Virus record (IMG/VR): IMGVR_UViG_3300045412_000261
Coordinates: 64,001-128,000 of that record
Strand: one strand, 5' to 3'
DNA: 64,000 nt
Origin: a virus
The stretch's first letter is position 1; every line of letters begins with the position of its first letter. Of the stretch, positions 11,583-21,700 are shown piece after piece. Below the pieces are notes generated by a model. That model did no database searches. It saw only the letters and a list, made by a program, of their open reading frames with translations, and was not told the DNA's origin. A program made the position numbers and the translations under genes.

Positions 11583-12008
11583 TTACTTTTTTTCTTCAAA
11601 CCATTGTTTAGGTATGGAATAAGCTGCCCATTTTATATTGTGTTTATTACACCACTCTGCATATGTTGTTTTTGCTCCTTTAGAAAGTCTTACATGCGGA
11701 TCTTGAAATACAATCCTAATATCTAAATGTGGATTACATGTAAGTATATCCAACATCTTCTTACGTTCCTCTAAAGTCCATCTACCTTTAGCTTCTATAA
11801 TAATATTATTAGGTAACTCAAAATCTGCTAAATATGTTCTAGGAGTTTCTGGTTTTACATATTTTATTACTTTCTTCTCATAAAAATCTTTTGGGTTAAT
11901 TCCTAAAGAACCTGATATTTGTAATGCAATAGATTTTTCAAAATTAGACCTATATCCTTCTTTTTGAGCTAATCTAGTTTTAAAAGAATTGTTAAAAAAT
12001 CCTGCCAT
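11583..12008 (-). CDS. Endonuclease I-like Holliday junction resolvase (T7 gp3 family)
   Basis: GYRSNFE, YLADF, IIEAKGR, DIRIVF, TTYAEWC; likely start at 12008 (MAGFF). Confidence 0.85.
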   Translation of the reverse strand: MAGFFNNSFKTRLAQKEGYRSNFEKSIALQISGSLGINPKDFYEKKVIKYVKPETPRTYLADFELPNNIIIEAKGRWTLEERKKMLDILTCNPHLDIRIVFQDPHVRLSKGAKTTYAEWCNKHNIKWAAYSIPKQWFEEKK

Positions 12009-12009
12009 G

Positions 12010-13665
12010 TTAATAATCAAATTTAACAATAATATTTAAATCAACGTCATCTCTTTTCTTTATTGCCTGTCCCATTTTGCCTACTGCAATTAATTCATTG
12101 TATTTGTTATATAAACCAATAGTAGTTATATAAGGAGATAAAGATCCGGTAAAATCATCTAAATACTCCGTACTCTTAACAGTTTTAGTAGAAGAAGGGT
12201 TCAATGTAAGATTAAAATCACCTTTCTTGATTCTACACAACATTTCAAATTCATACAAAGTTAAAGTATTTTTGTAATAAAGAAACCAATTATTAGATAA
12301 AATTTCATGATATTTTTTATCTATGCTAGTTATTACTAAATTGCCTGTTCTGTAAAAAATATTTCCTACTCTATTTGTCTGATAACATGATATAGATGAT
12401 GTATTATATAAGCTAGATACATTTTGAGATGTTGCTGCCTTATTATAAAATCTTAATTCATCAATAAGTCCTGTATATCCATTTCTTCCATCAAATGAAG
12501 ATGCTCCTATCATAATATCACTCACATTAACAGTTTCATCTTTAACATCTGCTCTTGATGAATTTAATGTTCCATCTACATATAATTGAATATTTGATCC
12601 TGTCTTAACTAAACATACATGATGAAAATTATTATCTAAAATGGAATTAGATGATGTTAACTGCAATGTAGAAAATCCATCAGATCTAGTAAAAGATAAT
12701 TTTCCTGGATGTGGGTGGGTGTGATTATGTACAGAAAAATCGTATGGATAATAATTTACTGGGTAATATTTAAAAGAGGATGATGAAAAAACATCTGTCA
12801 CTAATAAATTACCTTTGTTTATTCTTTTTAATCTACCAAATTCTTCTCTATATAGTATGGATTTTTTGTCAATTAGTGTGTTTTTATTGCTAGTTAATAC
12901 GCTTTGAGATACTGGTGCTTTTAGCCAAAAACTTATTGTAAAATTATCCGCTGATTCAAAACTAACGGTATCAAAATTTTTAGTATGGATATAACCGTCT
13001 CCAAAAAATTCCGCAGCTAATCCTGTTCTAGTTCCATTGATAGGAATACCACTTGAGTAAGCTACTTGATACGCTTTTGATTTTTCTTGCGGTTCTATTA
13101 CTTCACTCTCGTATCTTATATACAAAGTCTTCTTTCCTCCTCTACCGTATCTATATGCCTTATGCGCATCCTGAAATCCCCAATATCCACACAAATTATC
13201 AGGATTTAAAAAAGAACTTGTATTTATACTTCGGTCATATAAATTATTGTGTCCATCATCTACTAAATGTAGATTATTATTTAATCCTTTTAAATATAAA
13301 GTTGTTTCTTTTACTTTATCTCCAAAATTTAAAGATGGTATTGATATTAGACTAGCAGTTAAAAAAAGATTTTTTGATGTTTTATTTCTATCCCATCCCT
13401 CTAATGAATTAGTCCATGTAAATCCTTTTTTATAGTATAAATGATTGAGAGACTTATAAACAATGTATTTATAAGACCCATCCGAATTTTTAGGATATGT
13501 TATATCTTTTGAAGAACTTATATGAATAGGTCCATTATAATAAAGTCCTTGTTGTACTTTATAACCTTGTTTAGAATAACTTCCGGTAAGAATATAATAC
13601 TCTTTATTCACCTCAAAAGGCGCAATATTAAAATCCTCACCTCTTATTGGCGCAAATGTACTCAT
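12010..13665 (-). CDS. Virion protein with a LamG/concanavalin A-like domain
   Basis: FTISFWLK...FHHVCLV...LYVDG...IDELRFYNKA; the C-terminal YITTIGLYN..ELIAVGK motif is shared with the next two ORFs. Confidence 0.8.
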   Translation of the reverse strand: MSTFAPIRGEDFNIAPFEVNKEYYILTGSYSKQGYKVQQGLYYNGPIHISSSKDITYPKNSDGSYKYIVYKSLNHLYYKKGFTWTNSLEGWDRNKTSKNLFLTASLISIPSLNFGDKVKETTLYLKGLNNNLHLVDDGHNNLYDRSINTSSFLNPDNLCGYWGFQDAHKAYRYGRGGKKTLYIRYESEVIEPQEKSKAYQVAYSSGIPINGTRTGLAAEFFGDGYIHTKNFDTVSFESADNFTISFWLKAPVSQSVLTSNKNTLIDKKSILYREEFGRLKRINKGNLLVTDVFSSSSFKYYPVNYYPYDFSVHNHTHPHPGKLSFTRSDGFSTLQLTSSNSILDNNFHHVCLVKTGSNIQLYVDGTLNSSRADVKDETVNVSDIMIGASSFDGRNGYTGLIDELRFYNKAATSQNVSSLYNTSSISCYQTNRVGNIFYRTGNLVITSIDKKYHEILSNNWFLYYKNTLTLYEFEMLCRIKKGDFNLTLNPSSTKTVKSTEYLDDFTGSLSPYITTIGLYNKYNELIAVGKMGQAIKKRDDVDLNIIVKFDY

Positions 13666-13666
13666 A

Positions 13667-16600
13667 TTAATACTTGAGTTTTACAGTAAAGATAGACTCC
13701 TCTGTAAAGTTTTTTAGTATAGGTTTAGTTAATTTACCTACAGCAACAAGTTCTCTTTGAGCATTATATAGACCTACGGTAGTAATATAAACTTGAGGAT
13801 TATTTACAAAATTTTCGTATATTTCCCCGTTTGTTTCGTTAAGTCTTTTAGCAAGCTCCTGTCCTTCCGGAGAATTAGGATCCAATGGCATAGATAAATC
13901 TCCTGGATTCGTTGGATTTTCTTTCTTGTTGTAAATAAAATAGCTGCTATTATTTGTAAAATTAAATTCTCTATTATTAATTCTTATAAAATAGTAATCA
14001 TTATATTCTCTAATTATCCTTCTAGCTTTCATTCCTAAATAATCTCCACTAATATCTTGAATTAGTGCAGATCCTGAGAATGATTTATATAATTTAATAC
14101 CATTATATCCTTCTATTTCTGATGCCTTTGATGTTGCAAAAGAAGCAGATAAATCTAATTTATTACCGTCTAAAATAGCTATGCCTAAAGAAGGGATTAA
14201 TTTACCGTAATAATGAGGATTAGATTCATTATAAACTCCTGTCTCTAAAGTTCCGGATACTATGTTATATGAATACCCTACATCTGTATAATCTGGGTTT
14301 ATATTTATTTTTGAATCGTCAATCAATCTTAAAACTTTATTGTTTCCGGCTAACTTTACATTTGATCCCGTATGAGTAGATATAGTTCCTCCTCCGGCTA
14401 AGAATTGAGAGCCTGATAGATGAGCAATATTGAGTTCTAAAACTCCTGCATCTAATCTATCTTTTAATCTTTTAGACTGATAATTAATAACATAAATACT
14501 ATCCGTTTCTTTTCCGGTAAGATTAAATTTAATATCTCTTTTTCCTAATACTAGATTTCTGTATTGTGCATAGATGGCTTTTGTTGGTGTAATGTTTATT
14601 TTATTACCTTCATCTAAAGATCCCGAACCGCCACTATGTCCATAAGCTATACTAAATTGAATAGAAGCTGTTAAGGACGTTTTTGGATTTTCATCATATA
14701 CATGTGTATAATATCTGCTGTAATTTTCAGAAGTACTTCCTGTAAAGAATGTAACTAAATTTCTTACATTGTTTGAGAATAGCCCTTCTGTTATATCAAA
14801 CACATATTTTCTATTATCTATTTGATTTATTTGCTTCAACCATGAAGCTCTAGGTATAAATCTAGTAGTTGTTGGAGGTGGGGGCGGCGGAGGTGGGGGC
14901 GGGGGCGGGGATACTGGTCCTGGTCCGCTAGGTACTGGAGGTGGGGGCAGTGTTCCAGGGTCAATTGGTCCTGTAGGTCCAGTAGGTCCTGTAGGTTCGG
15001 TAGGTCCTGTAGGTCCAGTAGGGGGAGTTCCTGTAAATCTAGTATAAGTAACTCTTAAATAATTTCCGAACTCTCTCCGCCCAGGAGGTACATTATCTTC
15101 AACTCTGTTTAAAACAAAAGTAGCCTGGGGAGGTGTTTCCCACCCTGTAACAGGGCTAAAAGTTATTGTATTTACCGAAGTTGATTTACTAAAATATTGT
15201 TTATTACCTATTTCGTAAGTATAGGAAGATGCAGAAGGTCCGAGTTGAGATAAAGTAATGTCTGTAAATGAAGGGACAGATAGACGCGTTGTTTTATCAT
15301 TAGATATTGTTACAATAGGCTTCGGAAAACTAGATGCGTTTAATATACGACCATTTTCTACAAATTGAACTTGAATTCTTAAAGTACCATCTTCTGAATA
15401 AATAGAACTTCCTCCTGTTTCTGTTCCTCCCCCTGGAGTTCCACAACTAGGATCAGGTGGATTAGAATCAAATCTATAATTAAACCCAGGTAAGTTTTGA
15501 TAGTCTTTTAAAAAATCATCTAATGTTTTTTGAGTTAAAGCGGGTTGATTTCCATCATAATATAAAGCTCTTGAAACTCTTTTAACCATACCTCCTTCGC
15601 AGTATACAACGTATATTGTTTTAGTATCCGGGATACATATAGGATTTTCTGGTTCTTTATCTATGGCAAAAGTGTAATTGCCTCTAATTAAAAAATCTTT
15701 GCTGTTTAATTCTCTAGATTTAAACTCTTGTAATTTAGCATTAAAATTAGATTCGCTTCCGTCAAAAGGAATATATGATGATGCTACATCATAATTTTTT
15801 ATAATTCCGTCTTCACAATACTTAACATTTACTTTTCTAAAAACAGGAGGGGGTGGAGTCCCTGTTCCAGTTGCACAAACAGCTTTAACCGGTTTTACGT
15901 CATAACTAGTAGCGAGTCCTCTACCAAAGCCTAAATTTTTAGCTGTATTTTCATAATCTATTTTCTTTTTTTCTAATTCAGATTCATTGTTATATTGTAT
16001 TGTTACAGAACTTTCTACCGCCCCTGATTCAGTACAATATGTAACATATAAAATTTTAGATTTTGATAAACAAGAAGGTATGGAAACAGGCTGAGTATCT
16101 ACTATGGCGTTTGGATCTATTAATCTATACTCTCTTTGAATAGAAGCTATTTTATTATTTCTATCATCATTTGAACTGACAGATATTGTTCTTATTCCAA
16201 ATCTTGGTTGACCGCCTTCACAATATGCGTAATATAAATTTACATTTGAACTAGATGGAGGCGAGCTAGGAGGAGTAGATGAAGTTCCAGGTCCAGTAGG
16301 TCCTTGTGGCGGTGAAACTATAGGTACGCAAGAAGATGGAGATGCAGGAGATAAAGTTACGGATACTTCTGTGAAACCTAAATTTTCTAAAGATCTCTGT
16401 ATGCCCCGTATTTTAACGGATCTATCATTTAAATCTGTATATGTTATTGTATCTCGAGTAAATACTGGTGTTGTATTATTACAATAGGTTATGTATATTG
16501 TAGATGATGTTGAACGTGATATATCTTCTATACCACCAAGATTTCCAAAATCAGGAGTAAAACATGTTATAGGGGGAGCGGGTGAATTTATTCCTATAGT

Positions 16601-16909
16601 GTAAGGAATGTTCGCAGCTCTATAATTACTAGTAGCTTGATCAATAGCATTTTGTATAGCATTAGGATCATTTGTATTTATATTATAGGTAAAACTAATA
16701 TTATTTGAATTATTATTTATGCAATAACTTATATTAACGGTTAAACTAGTTGTGCTTGGAGTTTTGGTTATAGGATTATTTGGATCATAAAACCATTGGT
16801 CATAGTTATTTTGATAATTCTGCCTATCAAAAAAAGATAAACTATTTAAAAAAGTTTGTTGATCTTGTTCAGATAGGTAATAAAATACTGCGTAATCTAT
16901 AAAATCCAT
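13667..16909 (-). CDS. Virion protein: six Cys-paired repeats, Pro-rich linker, and a C-terminal domain paralogous to 16944..18041
   Basis: The C-terminal ~390 aa align by eye with the 365-aa neighbour (QFSIAYG, TPT.AIY.QY, AHLSGSQF.AG, THTGSNVKLAGN, YITTVG.Y). Confidence 0.8.
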   Translation of the reverse strand: MDFIDYAVFYYLSEQDQQTFLNSLSFFDRQNYQNNYDQWFYDPNNPITKTPSTTSLTVNISYCINNNSNNISFTYNINTNDPNAIQNAIDQATSNYRAANIPYTIGINSPAPPITCFTPDFGNLGGIEDISRSTSSTIYITYCNNTTPVFTRDTITYTDLNDRSVKIRGIQRSLENLGFTEVSVTLSPASPSSCVPIVSPPQGPTGPGTSSTPPSSPPSSSNVNLYYAYCEGGQPRFGIRTISVSSNDDRNNKIASIQREYRLIDPNAIVDTQPVSIPSCLSKSKILYVTYCTESGAVESSVTIQYNNESELEKKKIDYENTAKNLGFGRGLATSYDVKPVKAVCATGTGTPPPPVFRKVNVKYCEDGIIKNYDVASSYIPFDGSESNFNAKLQEFKSRELNSKDFLIRGNYTFAIDKEPENPICIPDTKTIYVVYCEGGMVKRVSRALYYDGNQPALTQKTLDDFLKDYQNLPGFNYRFDSNPPDPSCGTPGGGTETGGSSIYSEDGTLRIQVQFVENGRILNASSFPKPIVTISNDKTTRLSVPSFTDITLSQLGPSASSYTYEIGNKQYFSKSTSVNTITFSPVTGWETPPQATFVLNRVEDNVPPGRREFGNYLRVTYTRFTGTPPTGPTGPTEPTGPTGPTGPIDPGTLPPPPVPSGPGPVSPPPPPPPPPPPPTTTRFIPRASWLKQINQIDNRKYVFDITEGLFSNNVRNLVTFFTGSTSENYSRYYTHVYDENPKTSLTASIQFSIAYGHSGGSGSLDEGNKINITPTKAIYAQYRNLVLGKRDIKFNLTGKETDSIYVINYQSKRLKDRLDAGVLELNIAHLSGSQFLAGGGTISTHTGSNVKLAGNNKVLRLIDDSKININPDYTDVGYSYNIVSGTLETGVYNESNPHYYGKLIPSLGIAILDGNKLDLSASFATSKASEIEGYNGIKLYKSFSGSALIQDISGDYLGMKARRIIREYNDYYFIRINNREFNFTNNSSYFIYNKKENPTNPGDLSMPLDPNSPEGQELAKRLNETNGEIYENFVNNPQVYITTVGLYNAQRELVAVGKLTKPILKNFTEESIFTVKLKY

Positions 16910-16943
16910 TTCACACTATGTTTTCGCTATTAAATATTGATTC

Positions 16944-18041
16944 TTAGAAATCTAATTTCACCTTCAAAAGAGCTTCTCTAGTGAAACTTTTTTGTAGAGG
17001 CTTTGACAGTTTAGCTACTGCAAGTAATTCATAAGAATCGGAATACATACCTACTGTTGTAATATACACTTTAGGATCATTTATAAAAGTAGGTTGAGCA
17101 AAATCTCCCTCCGACCCAGTTATGAAAGTTGGATTGTTACTAAAATTATATCTATCATTTCTGACTCTAACAAAATAATGGGTAGATTTTACTTTTTCAG
17201 AACTTCTAGCTTGGAATCCTAAATAATCCCCTGATAAATCTTGAAATTTAGCAGATCCAGACATAGACCTATATAATTTAAAAGCATTATCTCCGGCAAT
17301 TTCAGAACCAGAAACGGTACCAAACGAAGCTGATTTATCTAATGCTGCTCCATCCATTACAATAATGCCTAAATTTGGATACACTAAACCAAATTTTTTA
17401 GGACTGTTAGGGTTATGTATGCCAGATTCCAAAGATCCTGATACTAAATTATAAACTTTACCAGCGGTAGTTACAGAAGCGGGGTTAGATTTTGAATCGT
17501 CTATTAATCTTAAATATTTACTATTTCCAGCTAGTTTTACGTTTGAGCCAGTATGAGTAGCATTACTTCCAGGACCAGCAATAAATTGTGAGCCTGATAG
17601 ATGTGCTAAATTAATTTCTAGAGTTCCTACATCTAAGGATTCCCTTAATCTAGCTCTATTTACGTTAATTACATAAATACTATCAGAAGTTTTTCCGTTG
17701 ATTGTAAATTTCCTTTCTCCGGGATCTAAACATAATTGTTTATATTGTCCATAAATAGCTCTAGTTGGCGTATCATTTATTTGACCACCTTCATCAGCCG
17801 ATCCGGAACCATTGTATTGACCATAAGCAATACTAAATTGGGCTTCTGAACCTAATGCGTTTGAAGAGCTATTGAATATTTCATAATAATATCTCTTTTG
17901 TGTAGCCGTTTGTCCAGAAGATGTAAAAAAGGTAGTTAGGTTACCGTCATTATTAGAAAACAAGGCTCTAGTAATTACTTCCTCTTGGTTAGGTACAATA
18001 TCGGCTGTATTGAATGTAGTAAATATATCTGTGTTTGCCAT
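16944..18041 (-). CDS. Conserved virion (baseplate/tail-associated) structural protein
   Basis: Lies within the structural operon; ends VYITTVGMY...ELLAVAKLSKPLQK...KVKLDF. Confidence 0.7.
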   Translation of the reverse strand: MANTDIFTTFNTADIVPNQEEVITRALFSNNDGNLTTFFTSSGQTATQKRYYYEIFNSSSNALGSEAQFSIAYGQYNGSGSADEGGQINDTPTRAIYGQYKQLCLDPGERKFTINGKTSDSIYVINVNRARLRESLDVGTLEINLAHLSGSQFIAGPGSNATHTGSNVKLAGNSKYLRLIDDSKSNPASVTTAGKVYNLVSGSLESGIHNPNSPKKFGLVYPNLGIIVMDGAALDKSASFGTVSGSEIAGDNAFKLYRSMSGSAKFQDLSGDYLGFQARSSEKVKSTHYFVRVRNDRYNFSNNPTFITGSEGDFAQPTFINDPKVYITTVGMYSDSYELLAVAKLSKPLQKSFTREALLKVKLDF

Positions 18042-18056
18042 TTTTTAATTTATTAT

Positions 18057-18740
18057 TTATTCAGTTATACCAGCTCCAGGAGTTGTTCCTGTAGTAATTC
18101 TATTCACTGTTATGCTAATTGACACTCTACCTCCTGTTTCATTTCCTACAATCGATAATGTAGCCTTCCTTTGATTTAAAGTAGAACCTTTTGCTTTTAA
18201 TGTGAAAGCAAGTCCTGTAACACTTATTGCTTGTGCTGCCTCTGTGTCTGTAATAATTCTTGGAGTAGACGGAGCTACATCCTGACCGTTATTTTGAGCA
18301 GGAGTTCTAGTAACACCAACAAAAGAAGCTACATCGCTATCAGATAAAGTTGCAGTATATCCAAAAGTAGTATTTCCGCCTTCAAAATTTATAGTTCTTG
18401 GGGAAATCGTAATTTCTTCTCCGTTAGTTAAAGTCACTGCTGTTTGACCTACGGATATAATAGGTATTCTAACTGTTCTTTTTGGTAGTGTGACTAACTT
18501 ATACTTCATCATTTGAGTTTCATCCACTACAGCTTCGGTTAGTGGCATGTTCTCTAAAGTAATGCCATAATATGCAGTACCTAATGGATGATCTGTGTTC
18601 CACAATGAATAGTCAATTTCATCATCAGCTAATGCAAAATGTGTAATTTGAAACTCATTTCTGCCTCTTGCGAGTAATTCCCGTCCTCTACGGGTTAAAA
18701 TAGCATCTACTGTTATTTGGTTATTATTTAGATATCCCAT
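18057..18740 (-). CDS. Virion structural protein
   Basis: N-terminus MGYLNN...VDAILTRRGRELLA...ITHFALADDEIDY recalls tail-collar/baseplate proteins; preceded by a candidate late promoter. Confidence 0.65.
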   Translation of the reverse strand: MGYLNNNQITVDAILTRRGRELLARGRNEFQITHFALADDEIDYSLWNTDHPLGTAYYGITLENMPLTEAVVDETQMMKYKLVTLPKRTVRIPIISVGQTAVTLTNGEEITISPRTINFEGGNTTFGYTATLSDSDVASFVGVTRTPAQNNGQDVAPSTPRIITDTEAAQAISVTGLAFTLKAKGSTLNQRKATLSIVGNETGGRVSISITVNRITTGTTPGAGITE

Positions 18741-18749
18741 TTTGTTTGT

Positions 18750-18762
18750 TTTATAATAAATA
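18750..18762 (-). promoter_or_regulatory. Candidate late promoter TATTTATTATAAA
   Basis: 9 nt upstream of ATG 18740; the same 13-mer occurs at 29326-29338. Confidence 0.55.
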
Positions 18763-18779
18763 CTTTGAAATATAATATT

Positions 18780-21700
18780 TTAAACTATTATTTGGTTTGC
18801 GCTAACTTCTCTGTATTCTACTACAGGTCCACCATCAATTGTATCTGTTGTGTCTACATTAAAATCTAATCCGGTTAATTTACAGCCAGTAAATCTAATT
18901 CTATTAGATACGGAGTCTTCGACATATTGATAATTAGCAGGTACTAAGGAAGATGAATAGTAATTTTTAGTGTTTATCAATGTTGCTAAATTTAAATTTT
19001 TTTGATATTGTGAGGAATAATTTACGGCGGTACTAGATGAATAATGATATACTACTTTCTTATATTTTAAATTAGATTTTTCAGATTGTATAATAGATTG
19101 AGTAACATATGAACTATTCCTATAAATGTTTCCAGCATCATTTATCACATATTCATTTTTATATAAATATTCTTTTAGCTGTAATTTAGTTAATGTAGAA
19201 TTAAAATTATGGAAACTAGATGAAAGAACATAATTATATGAATTATTATCATTGTAAAAATTATCAATATTAAAATTAGTAACTTTACCCACTATGTTTT
19301 CTATCTTATAAAATGAGGAATCCAATTTAAAATCATTAGATATTACATTTGTATTTCCATCATAAAAATTAATCTTTCTTCTATTTAATACTCTATTCTT
19401 ATATGTTCCATTTCTTTTAAATCTATATGCAATGTTTTCTTCTATAGATCCACTTCCATGTAACACATTGCCTATAAACGATAAATGTCTGTTTAAAGTT
19501 GCATATGATTCAATTAATTTTCTTTCATTATCAAAATAGTATAAGGATTCCATGTTTGATGTAATATCATTTTCTTCATTTGTATTAAGTAGATGTATAT
19601 TACCTTTTATATGTTCTAATGTTCCTAAATCTGAAATAGAGTATATGTTTGACATGTCTCTATTTATTTCTGAGATGTCAATTAGATTTTCATATTTATA
19701 TAAGTACGTGTCCCCGCCAAATTCATATAAATTACCTTTTTGATTTACTTTGTGAGATTCTAAATCTGAGAATACTAAAGAATAATCTCCATAGTAATTC
19801 AATGTAGATGTTATTTTTTCATGCTTAAAATCTGGAGTTATGGATATAGGTAATTCTGATTTATACTTCCTGTACTCTAATTCTAAATCAGGAGGCATTT
19901 CTGTATTTGTACTATATTTTATTTGTTCAAAATCAGGTGCTATATCAAATTCTAAAGATGACGTATATTTTTTATGTGATATTTCGACAGGAGGGGCATA
20001 GCTTATAGAACCTGTATACAAAATATATTCTCCTACCTGACTATCGGTTTTTATAATTGTTTTCTCATATTGTGGATTAGTTAGAGATGGATTTTTTCTA
20101 GCAACTTTAGCTCTCTCCAATACATTCTCTTCTAATAATATCCCTGCTATAAGATTTGCTCTAGCTGGAACTAATTGTTTTATCTGTTCAAATATGGAAT
20201 AATCATACAATGAAAATATCTCTATGTACTTGTTGTAATTATTTCTGTTTTTATATTTTTTCCAATAATTTTCCCTGTTTAGCCTAAGATTATTATACTC
20301 GTCTCTATATAAATCGGAAGGGTCTCCAATTAAATTATCTAAATCTATTCCTCCATATTGATTTGCTATATCTCTATTTACTTGGTCTGTAGGGCTAAAT
20401 ACTACAGCTAATTTATTTGAATCTACAGGGTCTGTATCAAAAGTATTTATTTGAACTCTTTTTTCCGAGGATAGTTGGTTTGTATAAAAAGATTCTTCTA
20501 TTCGTATTTTATCACTTTTAACTATACTCGCACCAATTGAAGGAGAATAGCTGTAGTAAATTTCTGAATATGGCTTGTATTGATTTTCTTGAGAACCTGT
20601 AAAACCTATAAAACTAGCTGTTGTATATTGTGATTTTACTCTATTTGGATGACTTGATGATACAAACTTATATGCAGAATGATTATATCTGAGAGCATCT
20701 ACGCCCATTGGGTAAAATCTATTTAACGTATCAAAAGAGGAAGTGTAAGAAGAACCATGATATGCAGCAGGGTTAAGTGTGTGTTCTTCAAATATTTTTT
20801 CAGAGTATATATCACTATAATCCTTATAAGCTTGTAAAAATCCTCTATATCTACTAGAATTTACTCCTGCAAATTGACTTCCCGTAGAACCCCCTAATAT
20901 TATATTATGAGGTATCAATAAGGAACTAGTTGATCCCCATGTAAATGATATATCAGCTGACGAAGTCACAATCATAGATCCAGAAAAACTAATCCAATTC
21001 TCAAAGTCACCACTAGATTTTTTCCACTCTATGTGTATAGAACCTGTTTTTTTAGTATTCGATATATTTCTATCTGTGTATATTCGAACATTCCAAGCAT
21101 CTCCGTCAAAAAAAGGATAGTACTTAGATTGTATTGTTTTTATTGTGAAAGAAGATGTTGAATTTGAAGTACTTTGAGCGCTTTTATATCTTAAATAGCC
21201 ATAAGCATAACTACCACTCCTTGATGAAGTAGAAAATGCTCTGTAACTTACTAGCTCTAAATTATTATATACTTTGTTACTATTTTTAGAATCCTCTATA
21301 GACCATAAACTCATACTAAGGCTAGATGAATTTGTTGTCCTAAACCTAAATTCAGATACACGAGGTGCGGAAACCTGATTTTCATTTGGAGGGATTGATT
21401 GTCCCCACGGAATTTTTACAAATTGATTTCCGTCAAATTTTAGTAAATACTGATATCTGTAACTTTTATGCGTCGGGTTGTACTTAGGAGGTCTTGCTCC
21501 ACCGTATTCCTTTATGCTAATTAATGTCTGAGGTATTCCATATATAGACAATAGCGTTTTTAAACTACGTTCTGTGCCCTTTGTTTTTAAAAGAGTCGGT
21601 ATGTTATTTACTATTCTTCTCCAAATCTGATGTGTGAGATATTCATGAGCCTGAGAAGCTAAAGTACCGGTTTCTAAAAAACTTCCTGTATTATCAGTAC

